A DNA stretch of 61,747 nt, counting the filler, from Ministeria vibrans ATCC 50519 (lineage: Eukaryota > Protista > Filasterea), in the NCBI GenBank assembly GCA_943704425.1. It is 6 parts of 6 records of this genome, joined end to end, with 100 filler letters (N's around TTAATTAATTAA, not from the genome) between each part and the next. Parts side by side here need not be neighbours in the genome. Positions count along the whole stretch, not along the records: positions 34,501 to 46,507 come from CALSCP010002213.1; positions 46,608 to 61,747 come from CALSCP010001768.1; 4 more parts are not named here. The stretch is one strand, 5' to 3'. The notes below the pieces were generated by a model that saw nothing but the letters and a program-made list of their open reading frames with translations, made no database searches and was not told the origin of the DNA. The number at the start of each line of letters is the position of its first letter. Positions within the stretch are counted from its first letter, which is position 1. Shown piece after piece: positions 42,029 through 60,014 of this stretch. The position numbers were made by a program, and so were the translations under genes.

Positions 42029-44574
42029 TTAGAACTCGAAGAGCTCGTCCTGGCCTGCCGATGAGCTGACTGCCTTGAAGTTACCCGAGTTCTCGGCCTT
42101 GAAGAAGCTGCCGTTGGAGCCCTTGATTGCGAGACGGGAGTGTGCCAGAAGCTGGATGGTGTATTGCTCGGCGACGTCGCCGGTGCACGAGACTGAGCCG
42201 TCCGAGTCGGTACGGAAGAACTTGCCGTTAGAGCCCTTGATGATGTAGCGACCATCCTTGACCTCCATCTGGAAGACCTCAGGCTCTTGGGAGTTGCAGA
42301 CAACGATGTCACGGCCCTTGGAGGCAAGGAAACCGTGCTCGTTGCGGAGGACAAGCTGTGGGCGGTTGATGAGGTTGAGGGTGAAGGTCTCGGTGGCACC
42401 ACCCGAGGCGCCGGTAGCGACGAGGCTGCCGTTGGGCTTCATCGAGATGTACTTGCCGTTGTTGCACTTAATCGACACGTTGGCACCCTTCCACTCAATG
42501 GAGAAGAGCTCGTTGTCGCCGCGTGTCTTGGACTTTGCGGTGACGGTGCTGCCGCCGGCAATGGACCAGTAGAGCGCCTTGTTGTTGCGGAAGGCCCACT
42601 TGCCGTCCTGGAACTCCATCTGGTAGGTCTCGTTGTCGCCGACCTTCTCGATGGGCACCGAGCACTTGGTCTCCTCGCTCTGTGAGTTGGAGGCGTAGAG
42701 GCCGTTCGAGCCGATGAAGTGAACCTGGGGGTGCGAGTCCTCAATGAGGAAGAGCTCGTCCTTGCCGACCTCGTCACGGCGCACGCAGAGCTTGCCGGTG
42801 CCACCGTAGGCCTGGAGGTACTTGCCCGACGATGTCTTGAAGGCCAGCTTGGACTCGAAAAACTCGAGGATGAAGAGGTTCTTGTCGCTGACCGACGAGG
42901 TGAGGGTGCCGTCGTGAGAGAGGTAGGCACGGTTGCAGGCACGGATGGCGTACTTGCCAGAGTGGAACTCAAGCATGACCATGGCGTCATCACCCCAGGG
43001 AATGATCTCGTTGACACGGAGCTCGTTGTCCTCGAAGTGGACGTAACGGTCGCGGTTCAAGTTCTTCATGGCGACCTACAAGAAAAGAACGCACGATGAG
43101 AAATTGCTGCGTGAAAAAAAAAACAAAAAAAAACAAGAAAAAGGAAGGGGAATTGTTTGTTTACCTGAGGATGCATAGCGAGGTGGATGGTCCACATCTC
43201 GGTCTCACCGTACTCGCGGGCAAAGCACGACAGGTTGTCGCCGCTGCCACCAAAGTAGTATCCGTGGGGGCCCTGGAACACCCAGCGACCGTCCGATTGT
43301 GCGAGAACGGTCCATTGCTCGTTGGCTCCCTTCTCGTCTGCCTGTGCGGTAAGCTCGCCCTTCTCGTTGGCCGACAGGTACTTGCCCATGCATCTGTAAA
43401 GAGAATCACAGCGTCAGAACCACAGGGAAGGCAAGACGATGCGATAAGCGGAGTGTTGACCGCACGCACACAAGAATAAAAAAGAGAGAAAAAGAAACAA
43501 GTGGAAAAAATGACAAGACGACGTTGGTCAAGTCATATCGACCGTGACCGTGTGTGGATCGGACCCACGGCAGATACGGGGAATGATCAACGCCACGCCA
43601 GCGCGAAATGACGATGACGATTGGATGAAATCAACACAACAAAAGCAAAAAAAAAAAAAAAAAAGACGAGGAATAAAAACGAAGAAAAAAAACTTACGTC
43701 TTGATAGACACGGTGGGCTTGCCAGCTTCCTGTTCGAGAGTGAAGATCTGCTTCTTCATGAGGTTCTTGCCTGCGAAAGAGAGCGCAAAACGGGTCAAGG
43801 GATGTCGACGAGGGAAAGCCGGTGACGTCAAAAAAAAGACGCGAAACAATAACAAAGCGTGAAAAAGCATTGGAGAGCGACAAATGCGAAGAGTCAGCGA
43901 GGAAATGGTGATAGTGGTAGGGATAGGCCACTAGGGTGGCGACAAGAACTCCGATGCGGTGAGAATTTTTCTCTTGATCGGTTTCAACGTAAAAAGCATA
44001 TCAACGGGGCGAGTCCCTTGAGCGATACAAAGCCGGATGAACGTTCCACGGATGTCTACAGTGATATCCATGACTCTGGTCACGCGACCGGCGCGTCGCG
44101 AAGGGGTGTTTTTGAGTACGAGTTGGTTTTGCAAGAACCAATGACGCGCCTTGAAATCCTCATAGCAAACGTAGCAAGAGCGATTTGGAGGGTATTTCGA
44201 AGCCACAGACACGCACACCGCGTGCAATACAAGGGATCTGGGGAAAGCACCACAAAAGGAGGCAAAATGGAGGCGTGATAGGCAGATCAAAGGGCTCAAG
44301 GACAAATAAAAAAAAAAAGACACCAGCCAAACTGTGGTGATGCGATGGGAGATGCGGATCGGGCGCAAAACAAGACGCTAGCTTACCGGCGGCGTTGACC
44401 TTGTAGCCGAAAGCCTCAGCAGTCAGGTACCTGTAGAGCGAGAAACGGCGAGTTAGAGGGTGTGACGAAGTTTTTTTTTTTTTTTTTTTTCTGAAAGCAT
44501 CTCTCGAAACTGTCTTACTTGCCCGCGCTGGAGATGAGGCCAAAGGTCCACTTGAGAGTCTCGTTGTAAGACAT
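42029..44574 (-). CDS. FSCN: Fascin (actin-bundling protein, four beta-trefoils), 5 coding exons
   Basis: LKWTFGLISSAGK|YLTAEAFGYKVNAA|GKNLMKKQIFTLEQ; WTIHLAMHPQ; PWGDDA; GKDELFLIEDSHPQ; LINRPQLVLR; strong GC3 bias. Confidence 0.95.
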
Positions 44575-45801
44575 GGTAAATTCGATATGTGTTTTTGGAA
44601 AAGAAGAAAAAAAGAGACAAAACTAAAATAATTTGATTTGTGTTTGAAACGAATAACACCCAAAGATCTGACGACATCACACGATGTAAGTTAGTTTTCG
44701 TCGCTCGTGACGCCTTCGGATGTGAACTACAGTCACTGAAGCACAGCTAAAACCTCTTCTGGCACGGTTTCGGGAGCGATCAGGCGAGCATTTCGCAAAA
44801 CGTCGCGACGTCACCGTTTTTCGGTGGCACGGCATTGTTTGGATACAAATGACGCACGATCGAAACGGCGAATTAGTTTTTGAACGGGCTCAGTAAGATT
44901 TGTATTGTTTAGTAGCACGTGTGGGTGGCCATCATTCGGTTGCTGAGGAGGAGGAGAGAGGATCCTTCGTTATAAGTAGATCGCTACGGTTTTGCATTTT
45001 CAGAGAATATGATGTGGTATGGTGTGGGTGGAATATAGATAGGGTGTATGTATGGTGTATGTATGTATGGGTGTGTGTCTGTGTGTCTGTGTGTGTGTGT
45101 GGGGGGGGGNNNNNNNNNNGGGGGGGAGGGTTCGTTTCCTTGCGTGGTTTGTTTAAGGAAAAGAAGATGGCAGGCAGAGGGGAGACATGGCGGAGAGGGC
45201 GGAAAGTTAGAGAGAGACAGAGAGACAGAGGGAGAGACAGAGACAGAGAGAGACAGAGAGAGAGACAGAGAGAGAAAGAGACAGAGAGAGACAGAGAGAC
45301 AGTGTGAGACAGAGAGAGACAGAGAGAGAGACAGAGAGAGACGATGTGTTACATATGTCTATGTTTGTGCGTACATGCTGTGTAATGTGTATACATGTGT
45401 GCGTTTGTTTGTGCATACATGTGTGTGTATGTTTGTGTATTTGTGTATGTGTGTCCTTTACTCATTATTTCTCTTCAATTCGAGTCTTGAGGCGAGTTTT
45501 TTTTTTCTCCCTCCAGCAAAGAGTACTCGGCCTTCAGCTTCCTCTCCAATCTCTTTTCTACTGCTTGCACTGAAAACGAAAAAATAAAAATAATGAAGAA
45601 AGTTGTATGAAAAAATTAAAAGACGGTTACAAACAACAAAAAGTCTCCCCCCCCCACACACACACACACCCACACAAACCTCCTCTCAACAAATAGTCTC
45701 TCTCCCTGTGACTATCCCTTCCTTCCTCTATACACACAGTCGCCACCGTTCTCTCACCCAGTCACGCACTCGCTCGCTCAGTCAGTCGATAGCTCAGTCA
45801 G

Positions 45802-46260
45802 TCACTCACTCGCTTGCTCTCGATCGTCGTCGTTCTTGGAACTACTGCCCATCAGCGATGAAATGCGCTTGAGAAAGCTCGAGCCGCCGTTGCTGCTTTG
45901 GCGTGACGTACTCAAATTGCTGCCCTGGCGTGAGGCACTTGAATGAGGTCTGGACGAGGCCTTCTCGGGAAAGTCGACAACTCGCACAGAGCGCTTCCCA
46001 CCGTCGCTCATAATAGCAAGGAGGTCTCGCCCGGAGAGCGCAATCGTCGCCTGGTTGTGCAGCGGATGGCACAGCACGGTAGCTGCTTTGGGAGCTTGTT
46101 CATCAAGCACAAATATCACTTCCGACGTCGCCTGGCGGCGCAAGGGCAGCGAGAGTGGAGTCACAGCGCCCTCGGTGACGGCGAGCATCTCTTTGACTGC
46201 CTCGGACGTTGCAAAGCGTAGTCCCGATCCGGAGAGTCCCAAAGACTTTGCCAGTGCCTG
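45802..46260 (-). CDS. YbaK/ProX-type aminoacyl-tRNA deacylase domain (PrdX-like), terminal exon; 5' structure unresolved
   Basis: LAKSLGL..LRFA..E.L.V..GAVTPLSL...VLD...CHPLHNQATI. Confidence 0.72.
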   Translation of the reverse strand, partial: QALAKSLGLSGSGLRFATSEAVKEMLAVTEGAVTPLSLPLRRQATSEVIFVLDEQAPKAATVLCHPLHNQATIALSGRDLLAIMSDGGKRSVRVVDFPEKASSRPHSSASRQGSNLSTSRQSSNGGSSFLKRISSLMGSSSKNDDDREQASE

Positions 46261-46648
46261 TAAGACATGGATGTGCAGAGGGTGAAAAGATATTGCAGTG
46301 GTGCGCGAGGTGTGACTTGTAAAACACCGACAAGTGAAACGACAAAACATCGACCAGAACATTCGTTTGTCAATCGGGCGGCGGAAGCCGCATCCAACTC
46401 TGAATACAACCGGTATTAGGCAAAGGAATGCGCGCATCGGACCGGTTGTGGTGCGTCATGAGTGACTGCCAAATAGAGCACAACAAAAAAAAAAAAAAAA
46501 AAAAAACNNNNNNNNNNNNNNNNNNNNNNNNNNNNNNNNNNNNNNNNNNNNTTAATTAATTAANNNNNNNNNNNNNNNNNNNNNNNNNNNNNNNNNNNNN
46601 NNNNNNNAAAAAAAAAAAAAAAAAAAAAGGAAAAAAAAAAGCTCTTAC

Positions 46649-46732
46649 GGTGACGGTGATGACGCGCGACTTGACGGTGATCTTGACACCCTCAGGGATG
46701 GTCACGTACTGTGATGTCAGACGTTGACGCAT
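46649..46732 (-). CDS. RPL9: 60S ribosomal protein L9 (uL6), first coding exon; remainder in gap
   Basis: MRQRLTSQYVTIPEGVKITVKSRVITVT followed by a GTAAGA donor; CAG acceptor directly before ATG suggests a 5'UTR intron. Confidence 0.85.
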
Positions 46733-47419
46733 CTGGAGAGAGAGGGACAGAGAGGAAAAAAAAAAAAAAAAAGAAGAAATATGAGTACGATGGGATGGAG
46801 GCAAGCGAAGGGCTTGTGGGACACGGTAGGGGCTCCAGGATGTACGCACGACAGAACCGCAGGGGAGAGCGTGCGTGGCGATGTAGTGGCAATCTCTTGA
46901 AAACGGAAAAAGACGACACGAGCATTTTTTTTTTAACAAAACGCGACTCGGCTGTAGAGCAAGGGGATGGGAGGAAACACAGGGCAGGAGGCTCGCAGGG
47001 GACATGTGGGATGGACCGTGGGGAGAGCGGGCAGCACAGGGGGCGGGGGGGCCCGGCACAGCCGTGTCGAAGTGAGGTGCGCGGCGGAGCAGCCACGGGC
47101 CCACAGCCATGCGTGCAGCGGGGCAGCGCACGCCACGCAGCCAGGCCTGCTGCACGCCCCCTTGCTAGGCGCCGTAGAAGAAGCAACCCTGACGCGAAAT
47201 GGAGCGTATGCCCTTTTTTAAAAAAAATCGCGTTCTTTTTTCAACAGGAACAGCACGTCGCACGTCTCGTATGTGCAGCAAGGGAGAGTCTAAAGCAAGT
47301 TCACTTACGATGTACAAGTAGCGCAAAAAAAGAGGCCGAGTGGCGAACTGGCGATCGACGGATCAGCGATTGATCAAAGAACGAAGACAAAATTTTAATC
47401 ACGATTGAATGGCACCGGT

Positions 47420-49129
47420 ATGCGGGTACTGCTTCAGGCTCTAGTGATCCTTAGTGCCACACTGCTTTGCTGGTCGCACTCTCCTGTCCGCTTACGGACT
47501 CTGCGACAAGAGGTGGACAAACAAATGGGGTTTTCGCAGCTCCGCTCACACACACTCTCTCTCTCTCCCTTCCTTGCTCGCCCGTTGCAGGTGCGCGAAA
47601 ACTTCTTCTACTCGTGGAACCACTACTTGAACGTCCGCGGAGAACAGGCGGGCGTTGACGAGGTGGGGCCGCTGCTGTGTGCCGGGCGGGGCCCCGACGT
47701 GGCGGACTTCCGCAACATCAACATCAACGACGCGCTTGGCGGCTACTCGCTCACCCTCATCGACGGCCTCGACACCCTCGCCATCATGGGAAACTACAGC
47801 GAGTTTCGCCGAGCCGTGCGACTCGTCGGCGACCACCACAGCGCTCTCTTTGAGTGCAACAGCACCGTGCAAGTCTTCGAGGCGACCATCCGCGTTCTGG
47901 GCGGTCTTCTGTCCGCCCACCTCCTCGCCGACGGCACCTCGTCGGCCATTCCACACGCACGGGTGCCCAACTATGATGGTGCGCTCTTGCGTCTGGCGCT
48001 CGATCTCGGCACGCGTCTCCTGCCTGCCTTTGACACACCCACAGGTATTCCGTACGCGCGTGTCCATCTTCAGCACGGCGTCACCGAACGAGTCACGCAA
48101 ATCTCCTCGAACACGGCCACTGCGGGCGCTGGTTCGCTCCTCCTTGAGTTTGCAGTGTTGTCGCGTCTCACACACAACAGCACGTTTGAGGAGGTGGCAC
48201 GCAACGCAGTCCTTGCGCTGTACGAGCGTCGGTCGCCACTAGGACTGCTGGGGACGGAAATCAATGTGCTGACGGGCGAGTGGACGCAAACAATGGCAAC
48301 GGCGGGTGCAGGTCTGGACAGCTTCTACGAGTACCTGCTCAAGGCTGCCATCCTGCTCAATGACGCACAGTTACTGCACATGTTCGATGCCGTCTCACAG
48401 GCACTGCAACAGCACGCGCGCCACACACACCTACCCATCTTTGTCAATATCGACATGCACCAGGGCCACTCGGTCAACACGTGGGTCGATTCTCTCTCTG
48501 CCTTCTACCCGTCTCTTCAGGTTCTCTCCGGCGACCTCCCCGCTGCCCGTGCCACCCACGCCCTATTCACTGCCCTCCACCGTCGCTACCTTCTCCTCCC
48601 CGAGCGCTACTCCCTCTCTTCCCGCTCCTCTCTCGTTCACTTTGCTCCGCTCCGCCCCGAGTTCCTCGAGAGCAACTATCACCTCTATCGTGCCACTCGC
48701 AATCCCGTCTACCTCGACATTGCCGCCGACGTCCACGCCCGCCTTGCCCTCCTCCGCGGGCCTTGCGGCTACTGCACCGTTCACGACGTTCGCGTCCCCA
48801 ACATCACTGTTCAGTCGCCCCTCCTTGAGGACCGACAGGAGTCCTTCTTTCTCGCCGAGACTCTTAAATATCTCTATCTCACCTTCTCTCCATCACACCC
48901 ACTCCACCGCCCTTCCCACAACGACCACTATCTCTTCTCAACTCAAGCTCACCTCTTCCCCCTCTCTCCGTCCCTACGCTCTCGCTCTCCTTCCAACACC
49001 ACCTTCACCTCTTCCCCCCGCTCCTGTCCACGTCTCTCGCCCCTCTTGCGCTTTCAAGCTGCCACCGATCCTTCGCCCCTGTCCCTTCCTCTTCAGCTCA
49101 ACATTGACTACCTCGCTGGCTTAAACTGA
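47420..49129 (+). CDS. EDEM1: GH47 alpha-1,2-mannosidase-like ERAD factor, EDEM1-like (probable 78-nt in-frame intron near 47513-47590)
   Basis: GRGPD..NININDALGGYSLTLIDGLDTL, VQVFEATIRVLGGLLSAH, GAGLDSFYEYLLK, LRPEFLES, EDRQESFFLAETLKYLYL. Confidence 0.9.
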   Translation: MRVLLQALVILSATLLCWSHSPVRLRTLRQEVDKQMGFSQLRSHTLSLSPFLARPLQVRENFFYSWNHYLNVRGEQAGVDEVGPLLCAGRGPDVADFRNININDALGGYSLTLIDGLDTLAIMGNYSEFRRAVRLVGDHHSALFECNSTVQVFEATIRVLGGLLSAHLLADGTSSAIPHARVPNYDGALLRLALDLGTRLLPAFDTPTGIPYARVHLQHGVTERVTQISSNTATAGAGSLLLEFAVLSRLTHNSTFEEVARNAVLALYERRSPLGLLGTEINVLTGEWTQTMATAGAGLDSFYEYLLKAAILLNDAQLLHMFDAVSQALQQHARHTHLPIFVNIDMHQGHSVNTWVDSLSAFYPSLQVLSGDLPAARATHALFTALHRRYLLLPERYSLSSRSSLVHFAPLRPEFLESNYHLYRATRNPVYLDIAADVHARLALLRGPCGYCTVHDVRVPNITVQSPLLEDRQESFFLAETLKYLYLTFSPSHPLHRPSHNDHYLFSTQAHLFPLSPSLRSRSPSNTTFTSSPRSCPRLSPLLRFQAATDPSPLSLPLQLNIDYLAGLN

Positions 49130-49195
49130 ATGATGAATAACTTTGAAAATAAAACTAATATTTGTATAACCTGTTGTCTACGTACCTGCATCGAC

Positions 49196-51177
49196 ATGAC
49201 GTTGGAAGCAACTATCATTTGGTAGGAGTGAGAGAGAGAGAGAGTGTGTGTGTGAGAGAGAGAGAGAGGAGATTTAAACTGAACTTTCCGGTTCCATTCG
49301 GCTCTCCTTGTTGCTCCCTGTCCCCTCACCGCTCTTACCCCTGCCCTATGGGTGTATTGGCTACGCTATGTCTCGCTTGGCAGATCTGTGGCCTCTTTGC
49401 GTTTGTCTGTCGACACAATCACTGTTTCACGTCGTTTTTTTTTTTCGAAAAGTTCCACTCTCTCCTAATCTGCGCGCTGTTGCGTGCTCGTCCTCCTCGC
49501 CCACAACGCATTTGTCTCCGAGGGATGATCCACGCGGCTCGCTCACGCCCCTCTTGTTCTCCCTTTGCAGCGTTGACAACTCGGAATATTCACGAAATGG
49601 CGACTTTTCGCCGTCTCGTCTGGAGAGCCAGGGCGACAGTCTGAACATCCTTGGCGGATCAAAGCTGGCACAGAATGCAGAGTCGTCAGTAGGAGTCATG
49701 ACATATGCCGGAAGGTACGTGTGTGTTGACCAACAGAGAGTCAATTCTGTTTTTTTTTTGAAACGTTTTCTTCTCTCTCTTTCGATAACTTTTTTTTCAC
49801 TTGATTTGTTTGTAGACCTCAAGTGTTGGAGACGCTGACGACAGACGTGACACGCATCATGCAGGTGGCGTCGTCGCTGAAGGTGCTCCCGTCGGAGCCC
49901 AACCTGCTGCAGGGCGTGCAAGTGGCGGCTCTGGCGCTCAAGCATCGCGCCAACAAGAACCAGCGACAGCGCATTATCCTGTTTGTTGCGTCCCCTTTGC
50001 AGTGCACCGAGTCGGAACTGGTGAAGTTGGCGAAGCGGTTGAAAAAAACCAATGTGAGCGTAGACGTGATCAACTTTGGCGAAGAGACCGAGAACCAGGG
50101 CAAGCTGGAGACGTTCATTTCGACGGTGAACAACAAGGATGGCACGTCGCACCTGGTCACCGTACCACCGGGTCCCCACATCCTTTCCGACGTGCTCATC
50201 TCGTCGCCTATTATTAACAATGGTGACGATGGCGGTGCGGGCGGTGGCGGTGGCGGAATGGGCGGCGGTGGCGGTGGCTTTGAGTTCGGCGTAGACCCGT
50301 CAATGGACCCTGAACTGGCACTGGCGCTGCGTGTTTCCCTTGAAGAAGACCGTGCACGTCAAGAGGCACTGAGCAAAGCCACAGCAGAATCCACAGCACC
50401 AACCACAGAGGAAGGCGGAGTGCCGGCGACGCCAGCCAATGCCGCATCCACAGCGCCCACAAGTACTCCGGGCGCACCAGGCAAGGCCGCCATGGACACC
50501 ACTGAAGACACTCCCGCTCCTGCTGCTGCTGCTACTGCTGCAGATGCAGACGAAATGGAGATGCTCCGTCAAGTAAATATAGAAAAAGAGATTAATTAGA
50601 GAGGAAGACAATAACTAAGTTTTTTTTTTTTTTTGCGATGTAGGCNNNNNNNNNNTGAACGAGAACACTGTGAATTCAAGTTTGAGGGACACACGATGTA
50701 GGCACTGGCAATGTCAATGGCTGCTCCAGCGCCCGACACGCCTGCCCCTGCTGCCACTGCGGCCCACTCGGTACCACTTGTCTTGTGTTTGTGTTAAATT
50801 GTATTGACCTGTGTGTGATAGGGTGAGTTAACGGAAGAGGAAGAGTTGGCGATGGCCCTTCAAATGTCAATGCAGGTAGATTGAAGTAGAAGCATTCGTG
50901 TTTTTTGATCCGGTTTAATCCTTATCTTTTTGTTTTAGGCTCAGGCAATGGACACGACGGAAGATAGCGCAGCAAAGGACAAAGCGCCTGAGACAGTCAA
51001 TGACGAATTCCTTCAGTCTGTGCTTGGTAGGACAATGCAGAGAGAAAGAGAGTGAAGAGAAACAAATCTGACTTTGTTGGATTAGGGTCACTTCCTGGAG
51101 TGAATCCGGACGATGAGCGATTTAAAGGGGTATTGGGCGACAAGAAGAAGGACGATGAGGGTGACAAGAAGGCCTGA
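49196..51177 (+). CDS. PSMD4: 26S proteasome ubiquitin receptor Rpn10 (vWA + UIMs), multi-exon
   Basis: MTLEATIIC|[63 protein letters not shown]. Confidence 0.96.
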
Positions 51178-51384
51178 TACAATACGATTCAGTGACTTTT
51201 GGAAATGAGATAAAATATGATGAAAATATTGTGATGAATATTTGAATTTGTTGATAATCTGACAAAAACAAACAACTTGAAAGTCGTCTTATTTCGAACC
51301 AATAATAATAATAATCATAATAATAATAATAATAATATTAATAATAATAATCAACTTATTTTAACCTAATAATATAAACATAAA

Positions 51385-51426
<42 letters not shown>

Positions 51427-51460
51427 GTATTTTTAAAAACAATACAATTTAACTGTTTTG

Positions 51461-52955
51461 ATGCGAATCATCTTCTACATTTGCCTTGCTCTCGCTTGCG
51501 TATCTTGCGCCTTGGCTGCGTCGGTACTCCCTACACAGGGACATCTGGCGTATGGAGGAAAGCCAGAGTCTGGTGCGTAAACAGTCAGGAAGAGAGTTTC
51601 TTCTCAGTAAACAACTTTTCTTCTTAGAGCTCTCTGTCACTTGGGCGACTCCAAATACCACAACCCCCAGCGACTACAGTGGAACTGTTGTGTATGGAAC
51701 GACCTCGGGAGCTTTGAGCGCTTCGGCCAACGCCTCTGCGAACCAGTTCAAATGTTACACTCTGGGCCCTGTCATGCACTCCGCCCTCCTTTCACGTCTC
51801 TCTGCGGCCACCACGTACTTTTACCGCTTTGGCGACGCCCGCTACGGCTTCTCCGAAGAGTACTCCTTCAAGACAGCGCCAGCTGCGGCGTCAGCAGCGT
51901 CAACTACGTTCGCGTGGTGGGGCGACATGGGCGTCATGTACTCCAACAACACGGTGGCGCGTCTGACGGCCATGGCCAACGCCCGCGACGTCGACTTCTT
52001 CCTGCACATCGGAGACATTGCGTACGCCAACAACCGGGTTGCCGAGAGTAAGGGTACCTGGTACGAGCAGTTTCTCGATCTGTTCTACGACGACATGGCC
52101 AACGCATCCTCACACATTCCAACGATGTAATAAGCAAACATGCACACCACCTCTTGACTAAACCTACCCCCACCCATCTCCACACTTCTTCTTTCCTTAT
52201 CAAGGTACTCACCAGGCAACCATGAGTTTGAGTGTGCGTGGGGTGACTACCCTGTGCGCGTGCGCATGCCCTACGAGGCCAGCGGTAGTCCGTCGCCCTT
52301 CTTCTACGCCTTCACGCACGGCCGCACACGCTTCATCCAGACCAGTACGGAAACAGCTGACGCCGCTTGTGGCAAGGAGTACAATCACGACTCGGAGCAA
52401 TACAAGTGGATCGAGAAGCAGCTGGCGGCAGCAGCAGACGCGCGTGATAACGACAACACGCTTGACTTTATCATTGTGACGGGCCATCGACCAATCTACT
52501 GCTCATACAACTGGTCATCGTGCTGCTACGACCACTGCAACACCAACGACTCGCGTCTGTGGAACAACCCGTACGCAGCCAATTTGGAAGACCTGCTCAA
52601 CACGTACAAAGTGGATGTGTTCCTGAACGGACACACACACAACAGCGAGCGCACTCTGCCCGTCCGTCACAACACTCCCTTCCCCTCCGCCGACAACGTC
52701 ACATTCCACAACCCTCCTGCGCCTATCTACATCACCGCAGGCTCTCCCGGTGACATTGAAGTCATGGGCACCGAGTTTCTTCGCAAGCCCGACTGGTCAG
52801 CTACGCAGATACCCGCCTGGGACAAGGCGCACAAAGTGCCCTACCACCGCGCCGGATACGGTCTCATTGACATCCAGGGCACGCGCCTTCACTATCGCCT
52901 GGTGTCATCTCTTACTGGCGAGGCCCTCGACGAAATGATTCTCATCAAGTCATAA
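51461..52955 (+). CDS. Secreted purple acid phosphatase (FN3-like + metallophosphoesterase), 3 exons
   Basis: Signal peptide; five PAP motifs GDMG, GDIAY, GNHE, GHRPIY, GHTH. Confidence 0.92.
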
Positions 52956-53259
52956 TGAACCCACGCAATATTATTATTTCAGTGGGTTCGATCGGCTTCT
53001 TTCGGGATATTCCCGCCTAGATTCTGAAGTCTACGACGAAAGTATTCTGCTGGTCTTTGTTTTGTATATTGTCTTGTTTTGACATTGAGTATAGCTCTTG
53101 GTTTTTATAATTTTATTTTCTTATTATTATTATTATTATTATTATTAGTACAGTATATTTTTTAATTAATTTTCAATGTGGTGCAGCGACTTCGAAAGCT
53201 GACAAGTAAAAGAAAGAGCGAGATGAAACGTCGTGACTGTTGGCGGTTCATTGCAATTG

Positions 53260-58652
<5,393 letters not shown>

Positions 58653-58860
58653 GGATTTTTGACTTGTATTTTAGATCGAGTTTGGCAACGTCAAAGGACT
58701 CTGCAAGAGCCTTAAACATTGCAAAGTGATGCTTGATAAATTGTCCAGATTGACTTGAAAATAATTGAATGAATTTCAGTTTTCAGTTTTCACTGATTTA
58801 GATTTCTCTTACTACCGTGAGTCGTACCGACGCGTTCTTGTGTGTAGATTGGAAAGTACA

Positions 58861-59862
58861 ATGTCGGGGGCGGACGATAGCGAAGAGGAGGACTGGATGT
58901 CGGATAAGTTCTTGGTGGAGGACGTCAGGACGACGGTGGGGCGCTCGCGCGAGCAGGCGCGGCTGCTGAAGCTGGCCAGGGAGCAGGAGACGCGCGAGCG
59001 GAAGGCCCGCGAGGCCGCCGAAGCCGAGAAACTGCGGCGGGCGGGGAGACGCAAGCAGGCGGAGGAGGAGGCGGCGCGTCTGTTGCGCAGTGGGATTGGC
59101 GCAAAGCTGATGCAGAAGATGGGCCATCAGAGTGGCGAGGGGCTCGGGGCTGCCGGCAACAAGGGCCGTGTGGCGCCTGTCGAGGCAGTGCAGCGACCGG
59201 GGCGCGTTGGGTTGGGACACCGAGCGGAAGAGGACGAGACAAAAGGCAATAGCGACGAGAGCAGACACGAAGCTATTGGGCGGCAAGTGGAGTTGACCAT
59301 TGAAGAGCGCCAGCAGGCGGAACAGCGACAGCGGAAGCGCGATGCTGATACAGCTGCACTGGGCGATGACTATAGAGAGCGACTGGCTCAACGACGACAG
59401 GAGCGACTCGTGTCGGGTGACGTGATGCGGTCGCGACGAGCGGCAGAGCAACTCGATACAAGCGCGGGTCTGCTGGACAATGCGCATGGCTTCTGGCCGG
59501 TGGAGAAGCAAAAGCAGGGAGGTGCAGCAAAAAGCAAGGATGTTGATGTCGAAGAAGACGAAGGGCAGGGACGTGTGCTGGTGGCGACGAGTGGTCTGGC
59601 CAGTCTCACTCAAGTTGGAGGGTATGCGGACAGCGATGCAGAGGAGGAGAAGGAGGAAGGGGAAGGGGGACAAGACGATTTGACACCGGCTGCCAAGCAA
59701 CAGCGCATAGCGACCGCTCAGTTGGCTCTGCTGCAGCGCATCACCGACTATCTACGAGCGACGCATCGCTTCTGTGTGTGGTGTGGGTGTGCGTATGCAA
59801 CGGAAAGTGAGCTCGCGCAATTCTGTCCGGGGGACTCGCGTGTTGCGCACGATGATGTATGA
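58861..59862 (+). CDS. GPATCH11: G-patch domain protein with C-terminal DUF4187-type zinc motif
   Basis: EEDWMSDKFL; GAKLMQKMGHQSGEGLG; YLRATHRFCVWCG.AY....L..FCPG....HD. Confidence 0.88.
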   Translation: MSGADDSEEEDWMSDKFLVEDVRTTVGRSREQARLLKLAREQETRERKAREAAEAEKLRRAGRRKQAEEEAARLLRSGIGAKLMQKMGHQSGEGLGAAGNKGRVAPVEAVQRPGRVGLGHRAEEDETKGNSDESRHEAIGRQVELTIEERQQAEQRQRKRDADTAALGDDYRERLAQRRQERLVSGDVMRSRRAAEQLDTSAGLLDNAHGFWPVEKQKQGGAAKSKDVDVEEDEGQGRVLVATSGLASLTQVGGYADSDAEEEKEEGEGGQDDLTPAAKQQRIATAQLALLQRITDYLRATHRFCVWCGCAYATESELAQFCPGDSRVAHDDV

Positions 59863-60014
59863 GCGCTATATGAGCAGCGCAATATGTAACCAAATCCAGA
59901 AAAATCTATTTTAAAGAAAGTAATCGCGGAATGCGTTTTGTTTTCCATTCCTTGGTTTAGGGCTCTTTCTTTTATAATGTTTACATAATACTGAGACACG
60001 GTGTTGCTTTGGGC

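Noticed and set aside
46830-46920. Possible H/ACA snoRNA in the RPL9 5'UTR intron (similar hairpins in the ATP5MK and Rpn10 introns)
   Set aside because: A hairpin and ACA are visible but no convincing H box or second hairpin; needs an Infernal or snoRNA search
52957-53050. Multi-hairpin region with CTGAAG...CGAAA resembling a hammerhead ribozyme, SECIS or second UCA tRNA
   Set aside because: CUGANGA core incomplete and stem I cannot form; SECIS quartet geometry is wrong and the upstream gene ends in TAA; no acceptor or T arm for a tRNA
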